Notes: generated by a model from the sequence alone, not told the origin. DNA of 64,000 bases from an uncultured Gammaproteobacteria bacterium (GCA_963764725.1 CAVXTM010000001.1:320001-384000); one strand, 5' to 3'; shown: positions 11,148-23,515, counted from the first letter of the stretch. Translations and numbers: made by a program.

Positions 11148-12503
11148 CTATTCCCCTTCCTGCTGCAGGAAGCCCACCACCCGTTCCATGCGCATCGACC
11201 GCGAACCCTTCACGAGTACTGTGACCCGCGGATGGAGATCGCCGTCCAGGGATTCAACGAGCGTATCGACAGTCGCGAAATACCGCCCGCCCGTCCCGAA
11301 TCCGTCCACGCTCGCGCGCGCCAGATCGCCGGTCGCGTATAAGCGCCGTATCCCGAGGTGGCGCGCCAATACGCCCGCCTGGTGATGGTAATCCGCGGCC
11401 TCGGGGCCGAGCTCTCCCATATCACCGAGCACTAGCCACGGCTCCCCCGGGCAGCTCGCCAAGAACTCAAGGGCCGCTTTGAGCGAGCCCGGATTGGCGT
11501 TGTAACTATCGTCGAAAACCCGCGTTCCACGGCGGCCGGAGCGCGGCTGCAATCGACCTTGCACGGCGCGCATCGACTGCAAGCCCGCGGCGATGTCCCC
11601 GAGCTCGATTCCTAGAGCCAACGCGCTCGCGGCCGCCGCCAAGGCGTTGCTGATATTATGGCGCCCCAATAGGTGGATATGGACGTCAATAGATCCGGCC
11701 GGGGTATGCAGGCGGACGTTGCTTCCGTCCAGCACACTGGCGGTATCAACCACGGTGGCCGTGACATCCGCCGAGGCTTCGAAACCGAAGCTCAGTTGTC
11801 GGCAGCCACCCGCGAGCGTGCGCCATAGCCCGGCATAGGGATCGTCGGCGTTAATGACAGCCGTATTGCGGGGTCCCAGTTGGGTAAAGATTTCTCCCTT
11901 CGCGCGCGCCACGCCTTCTATCGACTTGAACCCTTTCAGATGGGCCGGGCTACACTGGGTAACTACCGCCACCGCGGGCTTCGCGAGCTCGCATAACGCG
12001 GCGATCTCACCGGGGTGGTTGGCGCCCATTTCGATCACGGCGTACTCGTATCGCTCATCAAGGTTGAACAGCGTTAAGGGCACGCCGATATCGTTATTCA
12101 GATTGCCCTGCGTCCCGAGCACCTGAGCGCAACGCGAGAGGATCGCCACCAACATCTCTTTCACCGTGGTTTTGCCGTTGCTACCGGTCACGGCAACGAG
12201 CGGGAGCCGAAATCGCCGGCGCCAATGCGCCGCGATTAGCCCGAGCGCCCGGCGCGCGTCGGGGACCACCAAACTGGGCCGCTCCCCGCCGATCGGATGC
12301 TCGAGCACAGCCGCGGCCGCTCCCCGCTCAAAAACCGCGTCCACGAAGTCGTGACCGTCGAAGTGAGGCCCGCGCAACGCAACGAATAAGGCCTCGGGAG
12401 ATAGGTTCCGAGAGTCCGTCGTACAACCGCTGAACTCGATGTCCCTCCCGTGGCGCTCCGCGCCCAAAACACCCGTCAAATCGGAGAGGCGCATACGAAT
12501 CAC
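11148..12503 (-). CDS. murF: UDP-MurNAc-tripeptide--D-Ala-D-Ala ligase
   Basis: [30 protein letters not shown]. Confidence 0.96.
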   Translation of the reverse strand: MIRMRLSDLTGVLGAERHGRDIEFSGCTTDSRNLSPEALFVALRGPHFDGHDFVDAVFERGAAAAVLEHPIGGERPSLVVPDARRALGLIAAHWRRRFRLPLVAVTGSNGKTTVKEMLVAILSRCAQVLGTQGNLNNDIGVPLTLFNLDERYEYAVIEMGANHPGEIAALCELAKPAVAVVTQCSPAHLKGFKSIEGVARAKGEIFTQLGPRNTAVINADDPYAGLWRTLAGGCRQLSFGFEASADVTATVVDTASVLDGSNVRLHTPAGSIDVHIHLLGRHNISNALAAAASALALGIELGDIAAGLQSMRAVQGRLQPRSGRRGTRVFDDSYNANPGSLKAALEFLASCPGEPWLVLGDMGELGPEAADYHHQAGVLARHLGIRRLYATGDLARASVDGFGTGGRYFATVDTLVESLDGDLHPRVTVLVKGSRSMRMERVVGFLQQEGE

Positions 12504-14017
12504 GGTTTGGGCCTGCGCAGAAGTTGCTCTACCACCTGGCGGTCGCTATACGGCCTGCGCACCCCGCCCTGGTCTTGATAGTCTTCATGGCCTTTGCCGG
12601 CAATCAATACCGTATCGTTTTCAGTCGCTTGGTCAATGGTAGACGCGATCGCTAGCGCCCGGTCCGGCTCGCTGCGCGCCCGCGCCGGATCACTCATACC
12701 GCTCAGGATATCCTTAACGATTGCAGCCGGATCTTCGCGCCGCGCGTTGTCGGTCGTCAGAATCACGCGATCGGCCAGAGCTTCGGCGATTCTCCCCATG
12801 AGCGGCCGTTTTCCGGCATCCCGTTCCCCTCCACAGCCGAAGATACAAAAAAGCTTTCCGGATCGAATTTGGCGCAGGGCGATCAGCGCTTGCTCTAAAG
12901 CATCCGGTGTATGGGCGTAGTCGACAACAACGAGGGGCGATCCACCTCCGGCGGGGAAGCGCTCCATTCGCCCGGGAACTGGTCCCACCGATGCGAGCCC
13001 CTCGACCGCCCGCTTCAGCGCTACACCGGCAGCCAACAACGCGCCGAGGGAGGCGAGTAGGTTGTAGGCGTTTAGCCGTCCTAAAAGCGGGCTCTCGATC
13101 TCGACGGTTTGTCTTCCTACCCCGATGCGAAGCGACAAGCCCCGATCGTGCAGCCTGAGAGCGCTACCCACGATACACTCGTTCACCGGCAATTGCGCAT
13201 CATTCAAGGTATAACCGAACACACGAACGTCAGGAGCCAGGACCGCGGAAATCGCCTGGCAATAGGAATCATCGAGATTCAGCACCGCGGCCCGCAACCG
13301 CGGCCATTGAAAGAGCAACTTCTTCACCTCGCCGTATGCAGCCATGTCACCGTGGTAATCAAGGTGATCGCGACTGAGGTTAGTAAACACCGCAATGGCA
13401 AATTCGACGCCCACGACCCGCCCTTGATCTAAACCGTGCGAGGACACTTCCAAGACAACCGAGCGCGCTCGCCGAGCGCGCAGATCGGCGAGCTGACGCT
13501 GGATCGTAACCGCATCCGGTGTGGTGTAGCTCGCGGGTGTGAGATCGTCCACCCGGCCCCAACCCAAGGTGCCCACGACACCGCACGGGCCGAGATTCCC
13601 AGCGCTATCGAGCACGCGGGCAATCGTGTGTGTCACGGAGGATTTGCCGTTCGTGCCCGTCACCCCGATCGCCAAGAGATGCCGAGAGGGATGAGCGTAG
13701 AAACGCGCGGCAATCTCCCCGACCGATGACCGTAGCCGCGGCACCCGGAGGATTGGAATCGGCTCGGCGGACAGCATAGGGCGATCGTAGGCGGCATCCA
13801 AGGCGATGGCGACTGCCCCCGCGCGTATCGCCTCCCGCATATGATCACCGCCATGCCGATTAACGCCGGGATAGGCTAAAAACAAGTCGCCCCCGCGTGC
13901 TAAGCGGCTATCCGTACACAATCCCCGAATAAGCCGATCCTTCGGCGGGGCTACCTGGCTAAAGCCATCCAGGAGGCAACTGAGAACTTGGCCGGGTTGT
14001 TCCGCGATGGCGTTCAT
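12500..14017 (-). CDS. murE: UDP-MurNAc-dipeptide--diaminopimelate ligase
   Basis: GTNGKSS, EVSSHG, DYAHTPDAL, AGKGHE. Confidence 0.96.
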   Translation of the reverse strand: MNAIAEQPGQVLSCLLDGFSQVAPPKDRLIRGLCTDSRLARGGDLFLAYPGVNRHGGDHMREAIRAGAVAIALDAAYDRPMLSAEPIPILRVPRLRSSVGEIAARFYAHPSRHLLAIGVTGTNGKSSVTHTIARVLDSAGNLGPCGVVGTLGWGRVDDLTPASYTTPDAVTIQRQLADLRARRARSVVLEVSSHGLDQGRVVGVEFAIAVFTNLSRDHLDYHGDMAAYGEVKKLLFQWPRLRAAVLNLDDSYCQAISAVLAPDVRVFGYTLNDAQLPVNECIVGSALRLHDRGLSLRIGVGRQTVEIESPLLGRLNAYNLLASLGALLAAGVALKRAVEGLASVGPVPGRMERFPAGGGSPLVVVDYAHTPDALEQALIALRQIRSGKLFCIFGCGGERDAGKRPLMGRIAEALADRVILTTDNARREDPAAIVKDILSGMSDPARARSEPDRALAIASTIDQATENDTVLIAGKGHEDYQDQGGVRRPYSDRQVVEQLLRRPKP

Positions 14018-15756
14018 GGACGGATCACGGGCGGTAAACCCGCCTTATGAACGCGGGTGAGAAACTGCTCATTCTGTGGAAGCAAGGTGGCAATGTCATC
14101 GGGCGGTATGTCGAGCAAGCGGGTCGCATCACGCATCACCCTTGCAAATACCGGCGCGGCGACTTGTCCGCCGAAGTGCTCTCCTCGGGCCGGTTCATCG
14201 ATCATTATGACCGCTATCAGTCGCGGCTGGCTGGCCGGCATCATTCCCGCAAACAGGGATACATATCGGTCCTCGGCATAACCTCCCCCATGGGCCGTTT
14301 TGTGCACGGTCCCGGTTTTGCCCGCGACGCGGTAGCCGGTGACGCGCGCTAACGCACCTGTGCCTTGGCGCACGGCCACCTCCAGCATGCCGCGCACCGT
14401 TTGCGCGCTTAAAGGACTCATCACACGCCGTCGCGTGTGCTGCTGGGGCCACCGCACCAGGCTTACCGGTAGCACCATCCCGTCATTCGCAAAGGCCAGG
14501 TAGGCGTTTGCTAGTTGTAGTGCCGTGACCGAGAGGCCGTACCCGAATGCTACCGTTGCGTGATCGATCGTGCGCCATGAATCATAATGTTGTAGGCGCC
14601 CGGCTGACTCCCCCGGGAAACCGGAGCCCGTCGCGGCGCCGAATCCCAGCTGCGCGAGCATCCCCCAAAGCTGCCCGGGTTCTAACGATATCGCGATTTT
14701 GGTGATGCCCACATTGCTTGATTTTCTAATGATGCCCGTCGCATCGAGCAGACCGTAATCGTGCAAATCGCGTACGGTATGCCGCCCAACCCGCAGGTAT
14801 CCCGGACGGGTATCGATCATGGTCTTGACGCCGATCGCCCCCGCCTCTAAAGCGGAAGCAATGGTGAAGGGCTTGATCGTCGAGCCGGGTTCGAAGGTGT
14901 CCGTGAGCGCCCGGTTGCGAAAATAACTGGCCCGTAACTGCTTCCGGTTATTCGGGTTGTACGAGGGTTGATTGACCGCGGCGAGCACTTCCCCGGTTTG
15001 GGTATCCAGCACCACGATCGAACCCGCCCGGGCTTGGTGCTCGCGCACGGCGGCCTTGAGCTCGCGGTAGGCCACGTATTGAATGCGCTTATCGATGCTC
15101 AGCGCCAGATCGTGGCCCGGTTGCGGCGCACGCACGCTTTCCACGTTTTCGACGACATGCCCGGTCAAGTCCTGGATCACGCGCTTCGAACCGGAGACGC
15201 CCCGCAAGTGTGCGTCGTAGGCAAGCTCGATACCTTCCTGCCCCTTATCATCGATATCGGTAAACCCGACACAGTGTGCCGTCACCTCACCCGTCGGATA
15301 ATACCGGTGTACTTCTTGACGGAGCTCCACCCCGTCGATATCAAGCCGCATCACCTTCTCGGCGAGCTCGGGGGGAACGTGCCTTCTGAGTAAAACGAAG
15401 CGGCGTTCCAGCCGCGATTGTACGAACGCCGACAACTCTTGACCTGAAATCCCGAGCGCCCGTGCGAGTGCGGGCCAGCGGCCGCGCACTTGCGTGAGTT
15501 TGGAAGGAATAACGCCAACGGAGTTGATCGGGGTACTAACTGCCAGGGGCTCGTTATGCCGATCGGTAATCGTCCCCCGATGCGCCGGTAATTCAACGGT
15601 TCTAAGATAGCGATCGGCCCCGTGTCCCTGAAGCACATCGGTTTCGGTGAGTTGAAGATAGACTGCTCGCCAAACGAGGAGCGCCGCTCCCACCACGAAT
15701 ACGCTGACGACAAATCGCCGTCGACCATCGAAAAACAGCTGCTTGCGCCGGATCAT
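14014..15756 (-). CDS. ftsI: Penicillin-binding protein 3 / FtsI
   Basis: PGSTIK (SxxK), KSSN, GKTGT. Start trimmed to ATG 15756, which is coupled to the ftsL stop. Confidence 0.95.
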   Translation of the reverse strand: MIRRKQLFFDGRRRFVVSVFVVGAALLVWRAVYLQLTETDVLQGHGADRYLRTVELPAHRGTITDRHNEPLAVSTPINSVGVIPSKLTQVRGRWPALARALGISGQELSAFVQSRLERRFVLLRRHVPPELAEKVMRLDIDGVELRQEVHRYYPTGEVTAHCVGFTDIDDKGQEGIELAYDAHLRGVSGSKRVIQDLTGHVVENVESVRAPQPGHDLALSIDKRIQYVAYRELKAAVREHQARAGSIVVLDTQTGEVLAAVNQPSYNPNNRKQLRASYFRNRALTDTFEPGSTIKPFTIASALEAGAIGVKTMIDTRPGYLRVGRHTVRDLHDYGLLDATGIIRKSSNVGITKIAISLEPGQLWGMLAQLGFGAATGSGFPGESAGRLQHYDSWRTIDHATVAFGYGLSVTALQLANAYLAFANDGMVLPVSLVRWPQQHTRRRVMSPLSAQTVRGMLEVAVRQGTGALARVTGYRVAGKTGTVHKTAHGGGYAEDRYVSLFAGMMPASQPRLIAVIMIDEPARGEHFGGQVAAPVFARVMRDATRLLDIPPDDIATLLPQNEQFLTRVHKAGLPPVIRP

Positions 15757-16019
15757 CAGTCGGTCACGATGATCACGTCCGCGACGGACGGCATCGTCAT
15801 GTTCAGCGCGCTTCGCGCGCGCTCTTCGATGCGCCCGTGCGTCCCCAAGGTGGCCTGCTCCAATTGCAACCGCCCCCATTCATCATTCATGGCGTCATGC
15901 TCCTGCTCGAGCGCTTGCAATTCGACAAACAACTTTCTGCTTTGATGCCGGGTCATGATGATTGCAAGGGAGGTGATAACGACCAAACCCACAAGCAAAG
16001 GGCACAGGATCCGCGTCAT
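15756..16019 (-). CDS. ftsL: Cell division protein FtsL
   Basis: TM plus coiled coil (RKLFVELQAL...EWGRLQLEQ), between rsmH and ftsI. Confidence 0.92.
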   Translation of the reverse strand: MTRILCPLLVGLVVITSLAIIMTRHQSRKLFVELQALEQEHDAMNDEWGRLQLEQATLGTHGRIEERARSALNMTMPSVADVIIVTD

Positions 16020-16954
16020 AGGAGCTTCTCCGCTACCCGCAAGGTCGCGCTCCGCGTCCGCGGATTGCGGGCGATCTCGCCGACTGTAGGTTTCATTGGA
16101 CCACACACCCGTTTTAGGGTCAGGCCTTCCGCGGCGACACGCGGCGGTAAGTTTCGCGGGGTGGACCGTCCCTGCGATTCGTCACGTATAAATCGCTTTA
16201 CGAGACGGTCTTCCAACGAATGGAAACTTATTACTGCGAGACGTCCGCCGCTACGCAGAACCTTTACCGCCTGCCGAAGGCCGAGCTTAAGCTCATCTAG
16301 CTCGTCATTGATAGCAATCCGTAGCGCTTGAAAGCAGCGTGTGGCCGGATGCAGATTTTTTTCCCACACCGGTTTCGCGCGGGCGACGATTTCCGCCAGA
16401 CGCTTAGTCGTCGTGATTGGCGCAAGGGCTTGCTCTCTAACGATGGCACGCGCGATTCTAGTTGCAAACCGTTCTTCGCCATATGCACGAATAACCGCCG
16501 CCAGCTCCCGAGTGGACACCGCCGCGATCCATTGCGCGGCTGTAAAACCGGATTCATTGTCCATGCGCATGTCGAGTGGACCATCCCGGGTGAAGCTAAA
16601 ACCGCGTTGGGAATCATCTAATTGCGGCGAAGAGACACCGAGGTCAAACAGAATTCCATCGACCTGCCCGGCGATCGCCGCAGCGTGCGCGAGTTGCTCC
16701 AGTAGCCCAAACGAGCTTCTTGCCACCTGCACTCGATGATCCTCGCCCGCGAGCTGTTTCGCCGCCAATACGGCCGCCGGATCGCGATCGATCACGACCA
16801 GGCGTCCTCGCTGCCCCAAGCGCTGCAAAATTGCGCGTGCATGTCCACCTCGCCCGAACGTACAGTCAATATACAAGCCCGCGTCGTGGAGAACGAGGAG
16901 CTCCACAACCTCGTTCACCAATACCGGGGTATGGGAGCCTCCGGTACCCTGCAC
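16016..16954 (-). CDS. rsmH: 16S rRNA m4C1402 methyltransferase
   Basis: DCTFGRGGHA, DLGVSSPQLD, ISFHSLEDR. Confidence 0.97.
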   Translation of the reverse strand: MQGTGGSHTPVLVNEVVELLVLHDAGLYIDCTFGRGGHARAILQRLGQRGRLVVIDRDPAAVLAAKQLAGEDHRVQVARSSFGLLEQLAHAAAIAGQVDGILFDLGVSSPQLDDSQRGFSFTRDGPLDMRMDNESGFTAAQWIAAVSTRELAAVIRAYGEERFATRIARAIVREQALAPITTTKRLAEIVARAKPVWEKNLHPATRCFQALRIAINDELDELKLGLRQAVKVLRSGGRLAVISFHSLEDRLVKRFIRDESQGRSTPRNLPPRVAAEGLTLKRVCGPMKPTVGEIARNPRTRSATLRVAEKLL

Positions 16955-16958
16955 GTGC

Positions 16959-17429
16959 CTACAACGCTAAATCGCGCAACGCCTCCGACGCCGTTCCGAC
17001 ACCGCGCCCAATGTCGGTTCGCCATTCATCGCGCTGTTCTACCCAGGTGTTGGCATCCCATAGCTCGAAGCGATTGCCTTGACCTAAAAACGTAATATAT
17101 TTCGCAAGGTTTGCGAACTCCCGCAGCGACTCGGGAATGCGGATCCTGCCTTGCACATCGAGTGCACAGGAGCTTGCATAACCTCGCATCATTTGCTTCG
17201 TGCGTCTGCTTTGCTTATCAGAATCAGAAAGTTGCTGCAGTTTTGCGTCGATGGCTTCCCATTCCGTCACGGGATATAGCCATAAGCAGGGATCATAGGG
17301 GCTCAGCGTAAGCACCAGCGCGTTACCACACGCCGCCGCTACTTGTTCCCGGTAACTGCTTGGAATCGCTAGACGCCCCTTGGCATCGAGGTTCAGCGCA
17401 TTGATCCCCTGAAACGATACCTTGCCCAT
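16959..17429 (-). CDS. mraZ: Transcriptional regulator MraZ
   Basis: DAKGRL and DVQGRI repeats, first gene of the dcw cluster. Confidence 0.95.
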   Translation of the reverse strand: MGKVSFQGINALNLDAKGRLAIPSSYREQVAAACGNALVLTLSPYDPCLWLYPVTEWEAIDAKLQQLSDSDKQSRRTKQMMRGYASSCALDVQGRIRIPESLREFANLAKYITFLGQGNRFELWDANTWVEQRDEWRTDIGRGVGTASEALRDLAL

Positions 17430-17442
17430 GAATAGTTAGGAT

Positions 17443-17467
17443 CCACATTTCCCCACGTTTCCCCACA
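17443..17467 (-). promoter_or_regulatory. MraZ operator (dcw box)
   Basis: Minus strand reads TGTGGGGaaacGTGGGGaaatGTGG. This is three GTGG(G) direct repeats at 10-bp period just upstream of mraZ, matching the known MraZ site architecture. Confidence 0.85.
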
Positions 17468-17472
17468 GACAA

Positions 17473-17501
17473 ACTATAAGAACCCGGCCGCGAGATGTCA
17501 A
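17473..17501 (-). promoter_or_regulatory. Sigma70 promoter of the dcw operon
   Basis: TTGACA (17501-17496), 17-bp spacer, TATAGT (17478-17473). Confidence 0.85.
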
Positions 17502-17739
17502 GAAAACATTCACGACCAGCGTCTGAAAGTCGCTTCTTGAACAGGAACTTATATTTTCGAGGCGCAACGCCGGAACGGCCAGTCTTACGGCGCGTAGAGA
17601 TGTTTCCAAATGCTGCGATTTGCTTAGATAATTTGTCTAGATAATTAATATCGGTGTTAGATTACCGTGTGGGCACTAAAGTAGGCATCAGCAACGCCAT
17701 GCCCGTAAGACGCTCTGGACACAAGGGATTGAGAAAGCA

Positions 17740-18150
17740 GGAGTCAACCTGTAAGCCGGGTTCTGTCCGCCGCGGCACAAAAGGGCCTCAGCGGGGCAGT
17801 CATTTATCTTGGATGCATGTCACCATGCACCTCTAGCGACCTACCCGGGAGCCCACGCGGGCCACGTGTCGTCACCCCTCGTGGGGGGCTCGCTCCCCTA
17901 TTTGGCCTTGCTCCAGGTGGGGTTTACCCTGCCACCGGCGTTAGCCGGCGCGGTGCGCTCTTACCGCACCTTTTCACCCTTGCCGCCCCGGCCGGCCGGA
18001 CCGTTACCGGCTGCCCGCCGGGGGTTGGCGGTCTTTTCTCTGTGGCACTTTCCGTGAGTTCGCACTCCCCAGGCGTTACCTGGCACCTTGCCCTTGAAGC
18101 CCGGACTTTCCTCTGCATCACATCGACACAGCGACTACCCGGTTGACTCC
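17740..18150 (-). ncRNA. rnpB: RNase P RNA, class A
   Basis: Minus strand has GAGGAAAGTCCGGGCT and ACAGAACCCGGCTTA. P1 is closed by GGAGTCAACC/GGTTGACTCC. Canonical position between rsmI and mraZ. Confidence 0.97.
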
Positions 18151-18157
18151 TTGCGCC

Positions 18158-19066
18158 TTAGTTTGTTGAGATCTCGCCCGAGTTGCAAGATCCCGCGCTT
18201 TCTTCCGGCTTCCCGCGCTCCGCAACACGGTGAGATGAAATCTCTAGCATGAGCCGGTAGACCTGATTCTTATTCGCTCCGGAAATCTCGGTCGCGGCCG
18301 CTACCGCTTGCCTCGCCGGCAGGTATTTCAACAGGGTCGCGACCGAATGCCGCAATTGCTCATGGTCATCGGCATTCCCCGCCGCACCCGCGACTACGAT
18401 AACAATCTCGCCCTGGACACGCTCCTTCTGTTGCAACCATTCGGACAGGCCGCGCAAGGTTCCGGCAAACGTTTCCTCGTAAATTTTCGTCAACTCTCGC
18501 GCCAGCGTCACGCGCCGATCCGCTCCGAAAAGTTCATTCATGTCGGTAACACAATCCCGCACGCGGTGCGGAACTTCGTACACCACGAGGGTCCTCTGTT
18601 CATGGCACAGCACCGACAAGCGATCCCGGCGCGCGGGTCGCCGTGGGGGCAGGAATCCCTCAAAGACAAACCGATCGGTGGGTAGGCCGGCCACTGAAAG
18701 ACTCGCGACGATCGCGCAAGGCCCCGGAATCGAGCATAATTTGTAACCGGCGGCGCGTACCGCTTGCACTAAATGATAACCCGGGTCGCTTATCAAAGGT
18801 GTGCCGGCATCGCAAATTAGAGCAACACTCTGTGCGGCCGCCAAACGCCGCACCACCGCAGGACACAGACGTCTTTCATTATGCTGATGAAATGGTAGCA
18901 GCGGCGTCGCGATCCCAAAATGGTTTAATAGACGCGCGCTCACACGGGTATCTTCCGCAAGCACCACATCGACGCTGCCGAGCACTTGCCGCGCGCGCGG
19001 ACTAATATCCTGAAGATTTCCGATAGGCGTCGCTACGACGTAAAGAACTCCCTGCTCAATTGACAC
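18158..19066 (-). CDS. rsmI: 16S rRNA Cm1402 methyltransferase
   Basis: LYVVATPIGNL, AEDTR, DAGTPLISDPG, RELTK. Start is approximate (GTG 19066). Confidence 0.95.
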   Translation of the reverse strand: MSIEQGVLYVVATPIGNLQDISPRARQVLGSVDVVLAEDTRVSARLLNHFGIATPLLPFHQHNERRLCPAVVRRLAAAQSVALICDAGTPLISDPGYHLVQAVRAAGYKLCSIPGPCAIVASLSVAGLPTDRFVFEGFLPPRRPARRDRLSVLCHEQRTLVVYEVPHRVRDCVTDMNELFGADRRVTLARELTKIYEETFAGTLRGLSEWLQQKERVQGEIVIVVAGAAGNADDHEQLRHSVATLLKYLPARQAVAAATEISGANKNQVYRLMLEISSHRVAERGKPEESAGSCNSGEISTN

Positions 19067-19097
19067 GGCCACAAGCCCTTCCGATACTGTTCTGACA

Positions 19098-20930
19098 ATG
19101 CCCTTATTATTAAACAACACCCTGCGCCGGTTTGCTTTACTGCTATTCGCAGTGGCAGCAGGGTGTGCGCACGTTGCATCACCCAAGCCCCAGGTCAAGT
19201 CTTACTCCGACCAACAGGCTATGCGTTTGTTGCAGTCCGGAAAGCTAGAGGCGGCGGCCGCCGAGTTCAAACGCTTGCAGACAATCTCCTCGGCCCCCGA
19301 ATCCTACCTGTTCGGCCTGCGCGCGGCGGATACGTTGTTGAAAGCGAGACGCTTGGGAGAGGCCCGCCAGGTCTTGGACGGGATCAAGGTTCCGGCGCGC
19401 GAGCACTACTTGAAAGTATGGCACACCCTCTTATCGGCGCAAACGTCGTTGCTGAGCCGCAACGCCGCGGAAGCGCTGGCCGCGCTGAAGGGTATCGAAG
19501 GCGATCGGGTTCCCGATGCATTACGCCCCCGCTATCACCGGGTTCTTGCCGACGCCTATCAAGGCAAGAGTGAATTTTTATCGGCGGCGCGGGAGCAGGT
19601 TGCGCTAGACCCCTATCTCGCCGATGAAGAACTGAAACGCGCCAATCGCTTGGCTATATGGGACGCACTCCATCAGGCAACGCGTTCTGATCTCACCCAA
19701 GAACTATCCGTCGGCTCGCCCTTGCTGCGCGGCTGGATTGATCTGGTGCTTATCGCGAGATCAGACAATGACCCCTCGTTCGAAGCGCTCCTCGCCACTT
19801 GGGAGAAGCAATACCCTCATCACCCGGCGCGCCAAGAAGCCTTGCCGCGAGTCCGGGAGCAACGGGCCCTTCTGAACCTTGATCCCCTGCACGTCGCGCT
19901 GCTTCTACCTCTGTTCGGTCAATATGCCGAAGCCGCGACCGCAATCAAAGACGGTTTTATTGCTGCCTGGTACAGCGATAGCGCGAACAGCGCGCGGCGC
20001 GCCCTATCGATCCATGACACCAATGCGGCCAACGCCCCCGCGGTCTATCGGAGTGCGTTAGAGGAGGGTGCTGAGTTCATCGTCGGTCCCTTGGACAAGC
20101 AGGCCCTGAAGGTACTGGTTGCATCCAACGTGATAACGGTCCCGACGCTGGCGTTGAATTGGGTCGAGGGCTTGGATCACCGCGCCGATGTTCGCAATTT
20201 GTATCAGTTCGGCCTGCCGCCGGAGGACGAGGCCGGGCAGATCGCCGAGCGCGCCTGGTTGGACGGGCGCTTGAGGGCACTAGTCTTAACACCCGCCAGT
20301 CCCTGGGGCGAACGCCTGTTGCGTGCGTTCAAAAAACGCTGGCAAGATCTGGGCGGCGCGATTGTGGTCCAACAAACCTATCACCGTGATGCTAGTGATA
20401 TCGAAACCGCGGTTGCGGAGCTGATGCGCGCTAGCGTTCGCCCTTCAGCGCCGCCGACACCGCTAAGCGAGGCCTACGCAGCGAGCCCCGCAGCGGACTT
20501 CATTTTCATGGCGGCTTCCCCCCGTGAGGCTCGCTTGATACTTCAGCGGATCAGCTCGCTCGGAAGTGATCGCCTACCGATCTACGCGACATCCCACGTC
20601 TACTCCTCCGCGCCTACCCCGGAAGCCGATAGAGCCCTCGATGGAGTGACATTCGGTGACATGCCGTGGGTGCTCGATCCTTACCGCAGCGATCTTAGCG
20701 CGAGCACGAGACATTATTGGCCTAAGAGATTTGAGACCCATGCGCGGCTGTTTGCCTTTGGCGTCGATGCCTACCGCCTAATGGCTCGCATCGGAGCGCT
20801 TCAAAGCGATCCCTCGGCCCGCCTGGAGGGTGCCACCGGGATCCTGCGTATGGATGAACACAAACGCATTCGTCGACAGCTAGCGTGGGCTCAATTCCTG
20901 AATGGCGTGCCTGCGTTGCTGCACGAATAA
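19098..20930 (+). CDS. lpoA: Penicillin-binding protein activator LpoA (lipoprotein)
   Basis: Lipobox AAGC, VALLLPL, IVGPLDK, RLFAFGVDAY, divergent from rsmI. Confidence 0.9.
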   Translation: MPLLLNNTLRRFALLLFAVAAGCAHVASPKPQVKSYSDQQAMRLLQSGKLEAAAAEFKRLQTISSAPESYLFGLRAADTLLKARRLGEARQVLDGIKVPAREHYLKVWHTLLSAQTSLLSRNAAEALAALKGIEGDRVPDALRPRYHRVLADAYQGKSEFLSAAREQVALDPYLADEELKRANRLAIWDALHQATRSDLTQELSVGSPLLRGWIDLVLIARSDNDPSFEALLATWEKQYPHHPARQEALPRVREQRALLNLDPLHVALLLPLFGQYAEAATAIKDGFIAAWYSDSANSARRALSIHDTNAANAPAVYRSALEEGAEFIVGPLDKQALKVLVASNVITVPTLALNWVEGLDHRADVRNLYQFGLPPEDEAGQIAERAWLDGRLRALVLTPASPWGERLLRAFKKRWQDLGGAIVVQQTYHRDASDIETAVAELMRASVRPSAPPTPLSEAYAASPAADFIFMAASPREARLILQRISSLGSDRLPIYATSHVYSSAPTPEADRALDGVTFGDMPWVLDPYRSDLSASTRHYWPKRFETHARLFAFGVDAYRLMARIGALQSDPSARLEGATGILRMDEHKRIRRQLAWAQFLNGVPALLHE

Positions 20931-20936
20931 ACCGGC

Positions 20937-22255
<1,319 letters not shown>

Positions 22256-22298
22256 CAGGGAGCGCTTCCGCGGCGCCGGACAGGCATGCTTCGACTTG

Positions 22299-22670
22299 TT
22301 ATTTGATCAGCTTGAGGACGGGTTTCCGCGGCGCAGGGCGGTTCGCCGTATCCGGTTCGGGCGCAAACACCATGCCCTTGCCGTTTTCCTTTGAATAGAT
22401 GGCTTCGACTGCGGTGAGCGGAACGAGGATCCCGTAAGCCGTTCCGCCAAACCGTCCGCTGAATTCAATAGAGCCATTGTCGATTTTCAAACCGTGTACG
22501 GCGGCAGGCGATATATTTAGTATGATTCTGCCATTCTTCACATACTGCGGAGGAACCACCACTCCGGAGCGGGTCGTATCTACGATCAGATGCGGCGTAA
22601 GCTGGTTATCAATGATCCAAGCGTAGAATGCGCGCAGCAGATACGGACGCGTAGAACTTAGTTTCTCCAT
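22299..22670 (-). CDS. sspB: ClpXP specificity-enhancing factor SspB
   Basis: RPYLLRAFYAWIIDN, ILNISP, C-terminal LKLIK. Confidence 0.95.
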   Translation of the reverse strand: MEKLSSTRPYLLRAFYAWIIDNQLTPHLIVDTTRSGVVVPPQYVKNGRIILNISPAAVHGLKIDNGSIEFSGRFGGTAYGILVPLTAVEAIYSKENGKGMVFAPEPDTANRPAPRKPVLKLIK

Positions 22671-22821
22671 TTCTAATAGCCCTCCTACGAAGTCATCGGA
22701 AACCAGTCCGGCTTCCGTCCGCGACTCCATTTCTGGTGCGTGGCGCTAAACAGGGTAATCGGTAACACAATATCTTAAACCCAGTGCTTTGTATCTCTCT
22801 GAATGCAGATCAAAAACGCTC

Positions 22822-23451
22822 TTATTGTTCCCACATGTCTTTTTCAAGTTCCGACAGGCTGAATTTGAACGACGATCGAGCGAATAGGCGTTCCGCGTAC
22901 TTTAGAAGCGGCTTTGCTTGATTCGGCAGTTTGATGCCGTAGTAGTGCAACCGCCAAAGCAAGGGCGCTATCGAACAATCCACCAGCGAATAATCGGCTG
23001 ACATGAAATACTGACACTGCACGAAACTCGGCGCTATCACCGTCAGGTTATCGCGCAAAGCCTTGCGTGCATTGGATGCCGCGATCTCATTCTTCCCGGT
23101 AACGCTGTCGATCCAGTGGTAAAGATCACGAAACACCCGATACCGAAATTGACGGTTATTGGCGCGCGCCACCGGATCTACCGGTAACAGGGGAGGGTGC
23201 GGAAAGCGCTCGTCCAAATATTCCATCATGATCTGAGCATCGTATAGCACAAGATCGCGATCGATGAGCGTCAGCACCGTGCCGTAAGGGTTAAGTTCGT
23301 TGAGATCTTCAGGCCGGTTATCCAGCCCGACATAGTTGATGTCGACGCTCACGTCTTTTTCCGCTAACACAATCCGAGCACAGTGCCCGATGGGATCCTT
23401 CGGCTCGCAATAGAGAGTCATAACAGAGCGTCTGCCGGTGAGCACAGCCAT
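22822..23451 (-). CDS. sspA: Stringent starvation protein A
   Basis: LNPYG, MEYLDERFPHPPL, APLLWRL. Confidence 0.94.
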   Translation of the reverse strand: MAVLTGRRSVMTLYCEPKDPIGHCARIVLAEKDVSVDINYVGLDNRPEDLNELNPYGTVLTLIDRDLVLYDAQIMMEYLDERFPHPPLLPVDPVARANNRQFRYRVFRDLYHWIDSVTGKNEIAASNARKALRDNLTVIAPSFVQCQYFMSADYSLVDCSIAPLLWRLHYYGIKLPNQAKPLLKYAERLFARSSFKFSLSELEKDMWEQ

Positions 23452-23515
23452 CGGCTTACACCAACGAGCGGATATAATGAGCGAGAGTTTTGATCGGCAG
23501 CATGGCTAGGATGAC

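Noticed and set aside
17654-18146. Short ORFs overlapping 17654-18146
   Set aside because: They overlap rnpB and have no protein features.
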